Assembly (NCBI RefSeq): GCF_000009045.1
Contig: NC_000964.3
Location: forward strand, 2,130,001 to 2,162,000
Length of the DNA stretch: 32,000 nt
Reading direction: 5' to 3'
Origin: Bacillus subtilis subsp. subtilis str. 168
Lineage (GTDB): Bacteria > Bacillota > Bacilli > Bacillales > Bacillaceae
Shown: positions 1 through 9,457 of the stretch, piece after piece
Layout: each line of letters starts with the position of its first letter
Numbering within the stretch: position 1 is the first letter of the stretch
Notes under the pieces: generated by a model
Told to the model about the DNA's origin: nothing
What the model saw: only the letters and a program-made list of their open reading frames with translations
Database searches by the model: none
Program-made: the position numbers and the translations under genes

Positions 1-114
1 CTCCTATTTATCTCGATTTCAAGATATTTATTATTTTAAACCTTTATTGAAAAGGATGCAAACCATGTGTTTTGATTAAATAATTGAAAAAATCATTTTT
101 TTCTAATAATTATC

Positions 115-143
115 TTGTGATCTTTTCTTACAACTGCTATTAT
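115..143 (+). promoter_or_regulatory. Candidate sigma-A promoter for the DUF3311-yodF pair
   Basis: TTGTGA (115-120), 17-nt spacer, TATTAT (138-143). Confidence 0.5.
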
Positions 144-176
144 AGTGAGCATTATCATGTTTCAGGAGGAAAGTAA

Positions 177-377
177 ATGGTTAAAAAAGCACTTATTGTT
201 ATTCTCATTCTTTTGCCATTCGTTCAGCTCGCGCTTTTGCCGCTTGTGAATCGAATAGAACCGATTATGTTCGGCCTGCCGTTTTTCCACTTTTGGCTGC
301 TGCTGTGGATTATTGTTACGCCGTTATGCTCGTTTGGCATTTATCAGATGCAAAAAAAAGATGGAGGACTTGAATAA
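177..377 (+). CDS. Small two-TM membrane protein (DUF3311-like), partner of the downstream symporter
   Basis: 66-aa ORF with strong SD (caggagg) and hydrophobic segments, directly abutting yodF. Confidence 0.8.
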   Translation: MVKKALIVILILLPFVQLALLPLVNRIEPIMFGLPFFHFWLLLWIIVTPLCSFGIYQMQKKDGGLE

Positions 378-1867
378 TGCAAGGGAATCTGACTGCACTT
401 CTCATTACTGCTATTATTGTTTTAACCGTTGTCTGTATCGGCTTTCTCGCCGGAAGAGACAAATCCTCACGTACTTCTGTGGAAGAATGGTCTGTCGGCG
501 GCAGACGCTTCGGCGGTCTTCTCGTCTGGTTTTTAGTAGGCGCTGACCTTTATACGGCCTATACTTTCTTAGGGTTGACCAGTACTGCTTTTACAGGCGG
601 AAGTGTTGCATTTTTCGCCATTCCTTATTCTGTGTTGGCCTACTTTATCGCCTACTTCTTCTTGCCAAAACTTTGGAAAGTTGCGAAAATTCATAAATTA
701 ACAACACTCGCGGATTATGCCCGGGAACGTTTTAACAGTAAGCTTTTGGCAAGCCTCGTTGCCATCGTTGGGGTACTCATGCTTATTCCGTACATATGCC
801 TTCAGCTGAGCGGCATTCAAGACACGCTTCAGGTTGCCGGCACTGGCTATATTAACGTAAAATTCGTTGTGATCATTTCATTTATTCTTGTTGCTCTTTA
901 CACATTCTTCAGCGGGATTAAAGGGCCCACATATACAGCCATCATTAAGGACATTTTAGTATGGGTCATTATGCTGTTTATGGTGGTGTCCCTCCCTCTC
1001 ATTCATTTTAACGGCTGGACGCCAATGATTGACACGTTAGTGAAGGAAGCGCCGCAAATGCTGACGATACCGTCAGAAGGGCCAAAAGGCATTCCTTGGT
1101 TTATCACAGCATCTATTGTTTCCGCTCTGGCACTTTTTATGTGGGCACATGCCGCTACAGGTGTTTTCACGGCGAAAAGCGCTGATGCAGTAAGAAAAAA
1201 CAGCATGTTTTTGCCGCTTTATAATATCGTGTTAATTTTGGTTATTTTTCTTGGCTTTATCGCCTTTCTTGTTCTGCCGGAAGATACAAATCCAAGGCTG
1301 GCGCTGCTGCATTTGATTCAAACATCTTACGGCGGCGTGGCACAAGGCTTTGCATATGCCACTATCGCTCTTGCTTCATTAATACCTTGTTCCATTATGG
1401 CAATCGGCGCATCGAATTTATTCGCCAACAACCTATACCGGGATTTGATTCATCCGAATGTGTCGCAAAGCAAGCTGACTCTTGTCACACGTTCAATGGT
1501 GTTTGTTGTCATCGGTCTTGCGCTGCTGTTTGGAATGCTGTTCCCGACTGCCTTAGTGACACTTCAGCTATTAGGTGTATCCGGTATGGTGCAAATCTTC
1601 CCTGCGATTGCTGTCAGCCTGTTCTGGAAAAACCAAACGAAAGAAGCAACGGTTATCGGATTATTAGCCGGCCTAGCGGTAACGTTTATTGTGTATATCA
1701 CTCAATCCGCACATGGCATTTATGAAGGATTCTGGGGATTGGCCGCCAACATGATCGCTGTGGTCATCCTGAATCCGCTGTTCGTTAAAAACGCGGGATC
1801 CAATCCTGTCATTGAAGGTTTATTTGGCAAAAAACAAGACGCTAATCCAAATCAAAAGGGCGCATAA
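377..1867 (+). CDS. yodF: Sodium:solute symporter family transporter
   Basis: 496-aa polytopic SSS-family protein (SVEEWSVGGRRFGGLLVWFLVGADLYTAYTF...). Confidence 0.9.
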   Translation: MQGNLTALLITAIIVLTVVCIGFLAGRDKSSRTSVEEWSVGGRRFGGLLVWFLVGADLYTAYTFLGLTSTAFTGGSVAFFAIPYSVLAYFIAYFFLPKLWKVAKIHKLTTLADYARERFNSKLLASLVAIVGVLMLIPYICLQLSGIQDTLQVAGTGYINVKFVVIISFILVALYTFFSGIKGPTYTAIIKDILVWVIMLFMVVSLPLIHFNGWTPMIDTLVKEAPQMLTIPSEGPKGIPWFITASIVSALALFMWAHAATGVFTAKSADAVRKNSMFLPLYNIVLILVIFLGFIAFLVLPEDTNPRLALLHLIQTSYGGVAQGFAYATIALASLIPCSIMAIGASNLFANNLYRDLIHPNVSQSKLTLVTRSMVFVVIGLALLFGMLFPTALVTLQLLGVSGMVQIFPAIAVSLFWKNQTKEATVIGLLAGLAVTFIVYITQSAHGIYEGFWGLAANMIAVVILNPLFVKNAGSNPVIEGLFGKKQDANPNQKGA

Positions 1868-1903
1868 AAAAACCATACGCGGCAGCCGCGTATGGTTTTT
1901 TTT
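1866..1903. terminator. Bidirectional terminator between convergent yodF and ctpA
   Basis: AAAAAACCATACGCGG CAG CCGCGTATGGTTTTTT perfect hairpin with T tract on both strands. Confidence 0.95.
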
Positions 1904-3302
1904 ACATTTCTTTTTTCAGTGTTTCAATTGCCTTTTCCATTTGCGTATCATTATCAGACAGCTTCTTTTGAAGTTCTATCATTAATTTCGTTGTTGTATC
2001 GCCAGTCAGTATGCCTGTTTCATTCAGCTTCTCTTTTTTCTGGAACTGTTTGACGACAGATACAAAATCCTGGTCATACATACTGTTAACCTTTACCTTG
2101 TAACCAAGTGCTTTGAGCATTTTCTGAGCCACTTTGACGTTTGTGCCTGTATCACCTGATTTGTACGTTTTATCTGCGTCCAAATACGGCAGCTTCGCGT
2201 AATCAGGCAGCTCTGCTTTCACTTGAGGCTTGATGCCTTTTTTGTGAATCCATTCGCCATCAGCAGTCAGCCATTTGGCAACTGTCAGTTTGACGGTAGA
2301 GCCATCATCATATTCTTTTGCCGTTTGTACTGTACCTTTGCCGAATGTCGTCTCGCCGATTAACGGTACGTTTGACGATTCATGAAGGGCAGCGGCCATA
2401 ATTTCGGCTGCGCTTGCTGTACCGTCATTTACTAAAACGACGGTCGGCTTGGTCACTTTCCGTTCTTTTTCGGCCTTCATGACTTCTTTTGAACCGTTTT
2501 TGTATTCAACCTGCATGATGTTTTTCCCTTTATCAATGAACAGGTTGCTCATCGTAATCGCCTGTTCCATTAAGCCGCCCGGGTTGCCTCTCAAGTCTAA
2601 AATATAGCCTTTGGCGCCTTTTTTCTCTAAACTGTCAATCGCATCTGTCAGCTCTTTAGCTGTTGTTTCAGAGAAAGAAGTGATTTGAATTTCTCCGATG
2701 TTGTTGTCTTTCATCTCTGAATAGACAGTCTCTACAGGAATGGTATCGCGCTTAATGGAAAGATCGATATTCCCCACTCCCGCTCTGTTCAGTTCAAGCT
2801 TCACCTTTGTGCCCTTTTTGCCTCGGATTAAAGCGACGGCTTCATTTACATTCATGCCTTTTACGCTTTTTCCATTTACCTTAATGATTTGGTCCCTCGG
2901 TTTGATACCGGCTTTTTCAGCAGGTGAACCTTTAATTGGGGATACAATAAGGATTTCTCCGTCTTTCTCCTCTACTTGGGCTCCGATTCCTTCAAAAGAT
3001 GCTGAAATCGTCTCGTCGAATGATTTCGCTTGCTCTTGATCCATATATGTAGAATACGGATCATCCAGTGATTGAATCATTCCTTTAATTGCTCCGTCTA
3101 CTAATTTGTCATCATCTGTTTTTTGGTAATAATCACTTTTGATTTGCTCATACGCTTTATTTAATTTGTCGAACTTGCTGTCTCCTGTGCTTGCTGATTT
3201 TTGGCCCAGGATACTGGAATTGCCCGTAATAAATAAAGTAAGCGCCGAAGCGACAACTGCAGTGATCAGCACAATAAAAAACAGTTTTAATTGCCGTTTC
3301 AA
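1902..3302 (-). CDS. ctpA: Carboxy-terminal processing serine protease (PDZ, S41, C-terminal PG-binding domain)
   Basis: 466 aa; N-terminal TM, PDZ, GTASAAEIMAAAL S41 motif, PG-binding repeat at C-terminus. Confidence 0.93.
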   Translation of the reverse strand: MKRQLKLFFIVLITAVVASALTLFITGNSSILGQKSASTGDSKFDKLNKAYEQIKSDYYQKTDDDKLVDGAIKGMIQSLDDPYSTYMDQEQAKSFDETISASFEGIGAQVEEKDGEILIVSPIKGSPAEKAGIKPRDQIIKVNGKSVKGMNVNEAVALIRGKKGTKVKLELNRAGVGNIDLSIKRDTIPVETVYSEMKDNNIGEIQITSFSETTAKELTDAIDSLEKKGAKGYILDLRGNPGGLMEQAITMSNLFIDKGKNIMQVEYKNGSKEVMKAEKERKVTKPTVVLVNDGTASAAEIMAAALHESSNVPLIGETTFGKGTVQTAKEYDDGSTVKLTVAKWLTADGEWIHKKGIKPQVKAELPDYAKLPYLDADKTYKSGDTGTNVKVAQKMLKALGYKVKVNSMYDQDFVSVVKQFQKKEKLNETGILTGDTTTKLMIELQKKLSDNDTQMEKAIETLKKEM

Positions 3303-3454
3303 TTAAACACCACCTTTTTCTTCTTACATTATTATCATGGACGAATTCTTATTCGTCAACTCGGAGCAGAAATGAAAGAGAAACGCCCTTCTTTTGCTTT
3401 TCATAAACCTATGTCTTTATACGACATATGATAAGGAAAAAGGAGGATTCGATA

Positions 3455-4156
3455 TTGAGCCGATATTTAGAAATGCTGTCCTTATTCGGTGTCGCAGGGG
3501 CGCACCCAGGCGGGCTGGCTTTTTCAAAAGCGGTCTTGCAAAAGGCTGCACCCTCTCCGGATCAGCCGATTCTTGATGCCGGATGCGGAACAGGGCAAAC
3601 GGCGGCTTATTTAGGACATTTGCTGTATCCTGTAACAGTCGTTGATAAAGATCCTATTATGCTTGAGAAAGCGAAAAAAAGATTTGCGAATGAAGGGCTT
3701 GCCATCCCTGCATATCAGGCGGAGCTGGAACATCTCCCGTTTTCTTCTGAGTCCTTTTCCTGCGTCCTGTCAGAATCGGTCCTCAGTTTTTCACGCCTGA
3801 CATCCTCTCTTCAAGAAATTTCAAGAGTTTTAAAACCCAGCGGGATGCTGATTGGTATCGAAGCTGCTTTAAAAAAACCAATGCCCCCTGCAGAAAAGAA
3901 GCAAATGATGGATTTTTACGGATTTACTTGCTTACATGAAGAAAGCGAATGGCATAAACTCCTAAGATCCTATGGCTTTCAAAAAACAGAAGCGATGTCA
4001 CTTCTTCCGGAAGACATGGAATTTGAACCAACCACAGAAATGGATTTATCGCAAACGATTGATCCCATCTATTACGATACGCTTCAAACACATTATCAGC
4101 TCATGCAGTTATATAGTGAGTACATGGGTCATTGTATTTTTATCGCGTACAAGTAA
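3455..4156 (+). CDS. yodH: Class I SAM-dependent methyltransferase
   Basis: LDAGCGTGQTAAYLG motif I; TTG start at 3455 after aggagg, shorter than the track ORF. Confidence 0.85.
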   Translation: MSRYLEMLSLFGVAGAHPGGLAFSKAVLQKAAPSPDQPILDAGCGTGQTAAYLGHLLYPVTVVDKDPIMLEKAKKRFANEGLAIPAYQAELEHLPFSSESFSCVLSESVLSFSRLTSSLQEISRVLKPSGMLIGIEAALKKPMPPAEKKQMMDFYGFTCLHEESEWHKLLRSYGFQKTEAMSLLPEDMEFEPTTEMDLSQTIDPIYYDTLQTHYQLMQLYSEYMGHCIFIAYK

Positions 4157-4185
4157 AACGGCGTATCGCCCCCTGTTTTCGTCCA

Positions 4186-4213
4186 ACCTTTTTTTCCTAT
4201 CTATCATATGCTG
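4186..4213 (+). promoter_or_regulatory. Candidate sigma-K promoter upstream of yodI
   Basis: AC (4186-4187), 17-nt spacer, CATATGCTG (4205-4213); consensus CATANNNTA with one mismatch. Confidence 0.4.
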
Positions 4214-4243
4214 ATAGAAAGTCAGGATAGGAGGGGAACAATA

Positions 4244-4495
4244 TTGGAGAGATATTATCATCTTTGCAAAAACCATCAAGGTAAAGTCGTCAGAATTACA
4301 GAGAGAGGCGGGAGAGTTCACGTCGGCAGAATTACCCGTGTAACAAGAGACAGAGTTTTTATAGCTCCGGTCGGCGGAGGGCCAAGAGGTTTCGGTTACG
4401 GATATTGGGGCGGTTATTGGGGATATGGAGCGGCTTACGGGATTTCCCTCGGTTTAATTGCAGGAGTGGCTCTGGCTGGTTTATTCTTCTGGTAA
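4244..4495 (+). CDS. yodI: Small Gly/Tyr-rich protein, probable spore-coat/sporulation protein
   Basis: 83 aa from TTG at 4244 with SD gagggg; GGYWGYGAAYG composition. Confidence 0.8.
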   Translation: MERYYHLCKNHQGKVVRITERGGRVHVGRITRVTRDRVFIAPVGGGPRGFGYGYWGGYWGYGAAYGISLGLIAGVALAGLFFW

Positions 4496-4529
4496 GCATA
4501 GAACAAATGCTAGATTCACCAGACACAAT

Positions 4530-4562
4530 GAAGCCCGCTTATCTAGTGTAAGCGGGCTTTTC
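4530..4562. terminator. Bidirectional terminator between yodI and yodJ
   Basis: GAAGCCCGCTTA ... TAAGCGGGCTTTTC inverted repeat. Confidence 0.9.
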
Positions 4563-4565
4563 ATT

Positions 4566-5387
4566 TTAAATTTTCTTCACTTTTTCAAAGTACTCTTCAA
4601 GCGTTAAATCATTATCTTGGATGACCTTTGCGGCTTTTTTGCCTACATAGCGCAGATGCCATGGCTCATATTCATATTTCGTGATATCTTCTTTATTTTT
4701 CGGATAGCGAATAATAAAGCCATATTTATAAGCATTGTCCTGCACCCATTTCCCGTCTGCCGTGCTTCCGAACGCTTCATTTAGCTCAAAGCCATTGCTC
4801 CGGCTCGAAATGTCCATCGCAAGGCCTGTTTGATGCTCGCTTTCACCCGGGTAAGCGACCGCTTCCTTTGCCTTCCTTTCCCCTTTTAGGCTTACTTCAT
4901 TGTCAAAAATGACTTTCTGTCTGTCATACGAACGGTACCCTGAGACAGCTGCCAGTTCATAGCCTTCCTTTTTGGCAGCATCGAACATTGTTTTTAATGC
5001 GTCGGCCGCTTCTTTTCTGATGTAACGTTTTTGAATCTTTTCTTCAAAAGAAAACTCTACATCAGGTATGACAAGATCGCTAGGTTCATAGTTTCCGGGC
5101 AGTGCATATTGTTTATTGACAAGCGCGAGTATATTTTCTGGATTTTGAATGGTTTCCAGACCATCGACTTTTTTAATATCATTGAAATACTGGCTTTCCA
5201 ATGAAAACTCACTGTTTTGAGTGTTTGATTTTTTGCTGTCAGCTGTTTTTTGTTCTGTTTGCTTTGTTTCTGCTGTGGTTTTCGTATCCTTTTGAGCATC
5301 TCCGTTCGACATGCTGCAGCCGGCTCCGACTATTGCCGTTACACTCAGAGCGGCAGCCAGTGAGAACCATTTACCGGACTTTTTCAT
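4566..5387 (-). CDS. yodJ: D-alanyl-D-alanine carboxypeptidase, VanY/M15 family lipoprotein
   Basis: Lipobox VGAGC; SGYRSYDRQ, EHQTGLAMD, WHLRYVG motifs. Confidence 0.9.
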   Translation of the reverse strand: MKKSGKWFSLAAALSVTAIVGAGCSMSNGDAQKDTKTTAETKQTEQKTADSKKSNTQNSEFSLESQYFNDIKKVDGLETIQNPENILALVNKQYALPGNYEPSDLVIPDVEFSFEEKIQKRYIRKEAADALKTMFDAAKKEGYELAAVSGYRSYDRQKVIFDNEVSLKGERKAKEAVAYPGESEHQTGLAMDISSRSNGFELNEAFGSTADGKWVQDNAYKYGFIIRYPKNKEDITKYEYEPWHLRYVGKKAAKVIQDNDLTLEEYFEKVKKI

Positions 5388-5431
5388 ATTACATTACCTT
5401 CCTTTTATCAATCGTTTCCGCATGCATAAAG

Positions 5432-5461
5432 AAGAGGCTGCCGGCACCCAGCACGCCTCTT
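5432..5461 (-). terminator. Probable terminator after deoD
   Basis: AAGAGGC ... GCCTCTT inverted repeat just beyond the deoD stop, pyrimidine-rich tail on the minus strand. Confidence 0.5.
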
Positions 5462-5469
5462 GATATATT

Positions 5470-6171
5470 TTATTGTGATACGGAATGTAAAGCCACTTCT
5501 ATCATATCATGAAATGTCGTTTGACGCTCTTCCGCTGTCGTTTCTTCTCCTGTTAATACGTGATCACTCACGGTGAGAATTGACAGGGCTTTTCTTCCGT
5601 GCTTCGCTGCTAATGTATACAATGCAGTTGTTTCCATTTCAACGCCAAGCACACCGTATTTTGCAAGTTTTTCAATTTGCGAATCGTCATTGTAGAACTG
5701 GTCAGCTGTAAATACGCTTCCTACAGTCACCGGCACACCTTTATCCTTTGCGGCATCATAGGCATTTTTTAAAAGCTCGAAATCTGCGCAAGGCGCAAAA
5801 TCAACGCTTCCGAAAGCAACTCTGTTCATTTGTGAATCAGTTGAGGAGGTCATCGCCAAAATGACGTCTCGCACTTTGACATCTTTACGAATAGCGCCGC
5901 AGGAACCGACTCTTATTAGATTTTGCACATCGTAGCTTTGAATTAATTCATTCACATAAATTGAAATAGACGGAACTCCCATTCCCGTGCCTTGTACTGA
6001 GATTTTTTTACCTTTATATGTACCCGTAAATCCATACATGCCTCTGACTTCATTGTAGCATTCTACATTTTCAAGATACGTTTCTGCAATAAATTTTGCT
6101 CTGAGAGGATCTCCCGGCAAAAGCACAGTATCCGCAATTTGTCCTTTTTCAGCACCTATATGTACACTCAT
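5470..6171 (-). CDS. deoD: Purine nucleoside phosphorylase DeoD-type
   Basis: 233 aa; [34 protein letters not shown] signature. Confidence 0.97.
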   Translation of the reverse strand: MSVHIGAEKGQIADTVLLPGDPLRAKFIAETYLENVECYNEVRGMYGFTGTYKGKKISVQGTGMGVPSISIYVNELIQSYDVQNLIRVGSCGAIRKDVKVRDVILAMTSSTDSQMNRVAFGSVDFAPCADFELLKNAYDAAKDKGVPVTVGSVFTADQFYNDDSQIEKLAKYGVLGVEMETTALYTLAAKHGRKALSILTVSDHVLTGEETTAEERQTTFHDMIEVALHSVSQ

Positions 6172-6372
6172 CTCATATCCTCCTGTAAATCTAAATTATC
6201 ATCCAGCCCGTCCATTTTACAACGAATGTCATGATGAAACAAACTTCAGCATTGATTATAAAGGAATATATCGAAAAAAGAAATGTTCGAGGATCTGTTA
6301 GGCACTTCCTCAGAAAAACGGATAATCGGGGTGTTAATTTGAAAACCTAACCGCAGGAAGGAGGGGTGGGAC

Positions 6373-6498
6373 ATGGGTAAAAAACATCGTAACCGGATCA
6401 CCGGCCAAAAAAAGAACAATCATATACCTGAAAAAGATATCATTGCAGCTGAAGAAGCACACGGGAAAGAATATTCCGCTGCCAAACGCAAGCCTTAA
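6373..6498 (+). CDS. Small basic hydrophilic protein, unknown function
   Basis: 41 aa MGKKHRNRITGQKKNNHIPEKDIIAAEEAHGKEYSAAKRKP with SD gaggggtgg; followed by a terminator; absent from the ORF track (<60 aa). Confidence 0.75.
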   Translation: MGKKHRNRITGQKKNNHIPEKDIIAAEEAHGKEYSAAKRKP

Positions 6499-6505
6499 AA
6501 CTGCA

Positions 6506-6534
6506 GAAAACTGCGGGTTTCCGCAGTTTTCTTT
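6506..6534. terminator. Bidirectional terminator
   Basis: GAAAACTGCGG GTTT CCGCAGTTTTC + T-rich tail. Confidence 0.9.
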
Positions 6535-6537
6535 TCA

Positions 6538-6855
6538 TTATGTCGTTTGTACAATCAGACGATTGATTTTCCTCCAGCCGGCGGGAAGCAGTTGATAATA
6601 TGTTTTCCCTTTTCTGCCTTCATCAATCAGGATCACGTCCCCTGTGGCCATGAATCTTGCATCATAATCACTCGGAACAGTGTCGAATACATTAAACAAA
6701 GAGAATGCTCTTTTCAGCACGTCTTGATGATCGCTCCCGTTCAGTTCAGTTCGATAGACGGCTCTGTAGCCCTTTTTTTCGCCAAACCGGGGTGTCTGAA
6801 ATATTGTCACGTCATAGGAACAAGACTTCTTTTTAAACACGGATAACATCATCAA
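6538..6855 (-). CDS. yodL: YodL, LPD25-like small protein reported to affect cell shape through MreB/Mbl when overexpressed
   Basis: 105-aa ORF between deoD and yodM; function from recalled literature. Confidence 0.85.
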   Translation of the reverse strand: MMMLSVFKKKSCSYDVTIFQTPRFGEKKGYRAVYRTELNGSDHQDVLKRAFSLFNVFDTVPSDYDARFMATGDVILIDEGRKGKTYYQLLPAGWRKINRLIVQTT

Positions 6856-6912
6856 GATCCCCTCCCTTTTATTTCTTTAACATATTGGCGTTTTTGCTGT
6901 GTTTTCCTCTCT

Positions 6913-7524
6913 CTATTTTTGTCGAAACCGCTTAATCTTTTCGTCAAAACCTTTTACTAGGAAAAACAGAAGCAAGCCGAGGCTAAAGCCTCCTAACACG
7001 TCTGTCACAAAATGAACCCCCAGATACACTCTGCTTATGCCGACTAAAACAGCAATTACACCGGCTATGATATATACCATTTTTTTATGCTTAGACAAAA
7101 ACGGGAGATGTTTCACTAAAAAGTAAGCAATAACAGGATAGACACAAGCAGCATTCATGGAATGGCCGCTCGGAAAACTGAAGGATGATTCATGAACCAG
7201 CGGTGCAAAATCAGGCCTCACTCTTTCGATCCATTCTTTTAAGACTTTGTTTAACAGCCGATCTGTGCCGAATACTAAGAGCATCAACAGGCCGTCCCAT
7301 GTTTTTCTGTAGAAAAACATGCCTGCTCCAATGATGACAATTAGAGGGAGCAGAAAAGAAGAAGCACCAAGATGCGTGATCCCCGTCATGACTTCATTAA
7401 GCCATGGCTGACGGATCAAAACAGCTGCCTTGCTTATTGCTTCATCTGCAGATTGAACAGCATTTGTATGAATGGCCGCAGCTAGAATTAAAAAGAAAAG
7501 AAACAAACTAACGGGCTTGTACAA
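6913..7524 (-). CDS. yodM: PAP2 superfamily membrane phosphatase
   Basis: KEWIERVRP, PSGHSMNA, SRVYLGVHFVTDVLGG motifs; TTG start at 7524 after gaggtgg (203 aa). Confidence 0.9.
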   Translation of the reverse strand: MYKPVSLFLFFLILAAAIHTNAVQSADEAISKAAVLIRQPWLNEVMTGITHLGASSFLLPLIVIIGAGMFFYRKTWDGLLMLLVFGTDRLLNKVLKEWIERVRPDFAPLVHESSFSFPSGHSMNAACVYPVIAYFLVKHLPFLSKHKKMVYIIAGVIAVLVGISRVYLGVHFVTDVLGGFSLGLLLFFLVKGFDEKIKRFRQK

Positions 7525-7569
7525 TTTTAACCACCTCAATTTTCACAGAAGTCATAGAACATGAATAAT

Positions 7570-7596
7570 AAAACCGGAGCTGACCGCTCCGGTTTT
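7570..7596. terminator. Terminator between yozD and yodM (both leftward)
   Basis: AAAACCGGAG CTGACCG CTCCGGTTTT. Confidence 0.85.
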
Positions 7597-7601
7597 AAGC
7601 C

Positions 7602-7778
7602 TCACTCATCTTCATCCAGCTCTTCATCTATCATACATTTTTCTATCAAATAATCAAAGGTAATATCAGCGATTTCAAACAGCTCATCCTCACTCGGTAT
7701 GTAGCCCCGTCTTGCAAGCTCTCTGTAAAAAAATTCAGCGATTTCTTCCGTATCAATCACAAGATCTATTTCTTTCAT
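7602..7778 (-). CDS. yozD: Small acidic protein
   Basis: 58 aa MKEIDLVIDTEEIAEFFYRELARRGYIPSEDELFEIADITFDYLIEKCMIDEELDEDE, read directly from the reverse complement. Confidence 0.85.
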   Translation of the reverse strand: MKEIDLVIDTEEIAEFFYRELARRGYIPSEDELFEIADITFDYLIEKCMIDEELDEDE

Positions 7779-7896
7779 CTCCGTACCGCCTCCTTTTTTA
7801 TGTTTTATGAAAAAACAGGCTGAATTATACCCGGTGTTCTAAACAATTCTTTCAGTCATATATTGAATAAAAAACGAGCCATGGGAGGCTGACGCT

Positions 7897-8040
7897 ATGA
7901 TTGCTAAAATGATGGAAGCACTGGACGGAGAAAGATTTGATATCATAATGGAAAAAACGCTCAAAGGAATGACGCGTGTGATGATTTGGGGCTGTCTGCC
8001 ATATTTTTTATATGTCTTGATCCGTATGTTCACAAATTAA
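7897..8040 (+). CDS. Small single-TM protein, unknown function
   Basis: 47 aa MIAKMMEALDGERFDIIMEKTLKGMTRVMIWGCLPYFLYVLIRMFTN with SD gggagg; not in the track. Confidence 0.7.
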   Translation: MIAKMMEALDGERFDIIMEKTLKGMTRVMIWGCLPYFLYVLIRMFTN

Positions 8041-8717
8041 CTGAAATGCTCTTTTAAACTTTCCAAAACAAACATCATCATGTCTTTATATTCTTCATCC
8101 TGAAACATTTCGTACAGAATTTTGTAGTCATTATAAATATCCAGAAGCTCATCAACAATTGACACAGCAAGGATGTGAAGGGTATCTTGATCTTCATCAC
8201 CGCCTTCAAACTGAAGAAGAGCAGACGATGCGATATCTTCGCCGATCTCATGGCCAGTTTCTCCGACATAATGGACAAACAACAGCTGATGCACAAACTG
8301 GTCCATTTCATATTTTCTAAGCACCAGCGTGAGATCCTCTTCCTCCGTTTCAAGCCACTCTCCATCCTTTAAACGGGTCAGCTCATAAATGATATCTTCC
8401 CAGCCATCTTCTAAATATCTCCAAATTTCTGTTCTATGGCCGATAATGCGAAAGAGTTCTTTTCCATAATCTTTAACATAAACAACGTCCCCAATAAGGA
8501 ATTCATACTCAATATCAAGCTTCTCCATGTCGACAATGACACCCTCATAATCTTTATAAAGCTGAATAGATGATTCAAAGTATAAAACTTCGTTATGATT
8601 GACTTCATAAAGATAGTGTTTATCAATTTGGTGTACTTTTGTGATGGTGCCGACTGTTCCATACATAATGACGACTACGATATCCCCTACTTGGAATTTC
8701 GGTTTATTTTGCTTCAT
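8037..8717 (-). CDS. yodN: Conserved hypothetical protein YodN
   Basis: 226 aa from ATG at 8717 with SD ggggga; KOW-like N-terminal part (FQVGDIVVVIMYGTVGTITKV). Confidence 0.8.
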   Translation of the reverse strand: MKQNKPKFQVGDIVVVIMYGTVGTITKVHQIDKHYLYEVNHNEVLYFESSIQLYKDYEGVIVDMEKLDIEYEFLIGDVVYVKDYGKELFRIIGHRTEIWRYLEDGWEDIIYELTRLKDGEWLETEEEDLTLVLRKYEMDQFVHQLLFVHYVGETGHEIGEDIASSALLQFEGGDEDQDTLHILAVSIVDELLDIYNDYKILYEMFQDEEYKDMMMFVLESLKEHFS

Positions 8718-8867
8718 GGTGTCTCCCCCTCGCCGCAACATTTCTCATACGCTATCGTATGCCGGGTGAAGCCAATTCGCATGGGCATGAAAACCAAAGG
8801 AAATATCCAATTATGGTATGGGTATGGACATAAAAAAATCCGCAGTGATCTGCGGATGAAACAGCTA

Positions 8868-9092
8868 TTATCTGCCGTGCACTTCAGACTCGTATTGATC
8901 CCAAGCTTCATCAAACGTCGCCATCGTGTGAAGGTAATCAGCATTCAGCTCCAAATATGAACTGATTTCATGATAATCGGTTGATGTTTTTGGAAAGCTG
9001 TGATCCTCATACGCCTGATTGGCAAATTCACTGATGCTGTCCTTCGGCTTAGGGTGTCTGTATTTCAATAAATAGTGATAAAAGGATTTCAT
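8868..9092 (-). CDS. yozE: YozE/SAM-like family protein
   Basis: 74 aa MKSFYHYLLKYRHPKPKDSISEFANQAYEDHSFPKTSTDYHEISSYLE... Confidence 0.9.
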   Translation of the reverse strand: MKSFYHYLLKYRHPKPKDSISEFANQAYEDHSFPKTSTDYHEISSYLELNADYLHTMATFDEAWDQYESEVHGR

Positions 9093-9178
9093 GGGTTTCC
9101 CCTCCTGATGTCTGTCTTTTGTTGTTCTATTATACAGTTCAAGTGTAAAATTACAACAAAAGAATACTGAAACATGAC

Positions 9179-9457
9179 TCAGGAGAAGTCAAAATAGTTG
9201 CGTTTCAAAATTCTTTCTGTCTCCATGAGCTGCTGATATGTCAGGCTTTCAGGCAGTTTTTTTGTTTGAATTAAAAGCAGCTGATCCTCAATCTCTTTAA
9301 CCGTGTTTTCCTCTTGATAGGTCATACCGCAGGAAGAACATACCATGGCAGGGGTGTCTGTCAGTTCTATAGCCCTCGTTCCATCAGGGAGCTCCCAGTA
9401 CACCGTGTTCCTGCCGGGCACCGCTTCGAGCTCGCCGCACCATTCGCATGTTTTCAT
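9179..9457 (-). CDS. yokU: YokU family CXXC...CSSCG zinc-binding-like protein
   Basis: MKTCEWCGELEAV...CSSCGMTY; ATGA overlap with the kamA stop. Confidence 0.88.
   Translation of the reverse strand: MKTCEWCGELEAVPGRNTVYWELPDGTRAIELTDTPAMVCSSCGMTYQEENTVKEIEDQLLLIQTKKLPESLTYQQLMETERILKRNYFDFS

Noticed and set aside
1003-3039. Antisense track ORFs (e.g. 1003-1206 minus, 2740-3039 plus) inside yodF and ctpA
   Set aside because: They lie antisense to strongly supported coding sequence, lack SD sites and have no recognisable domain.
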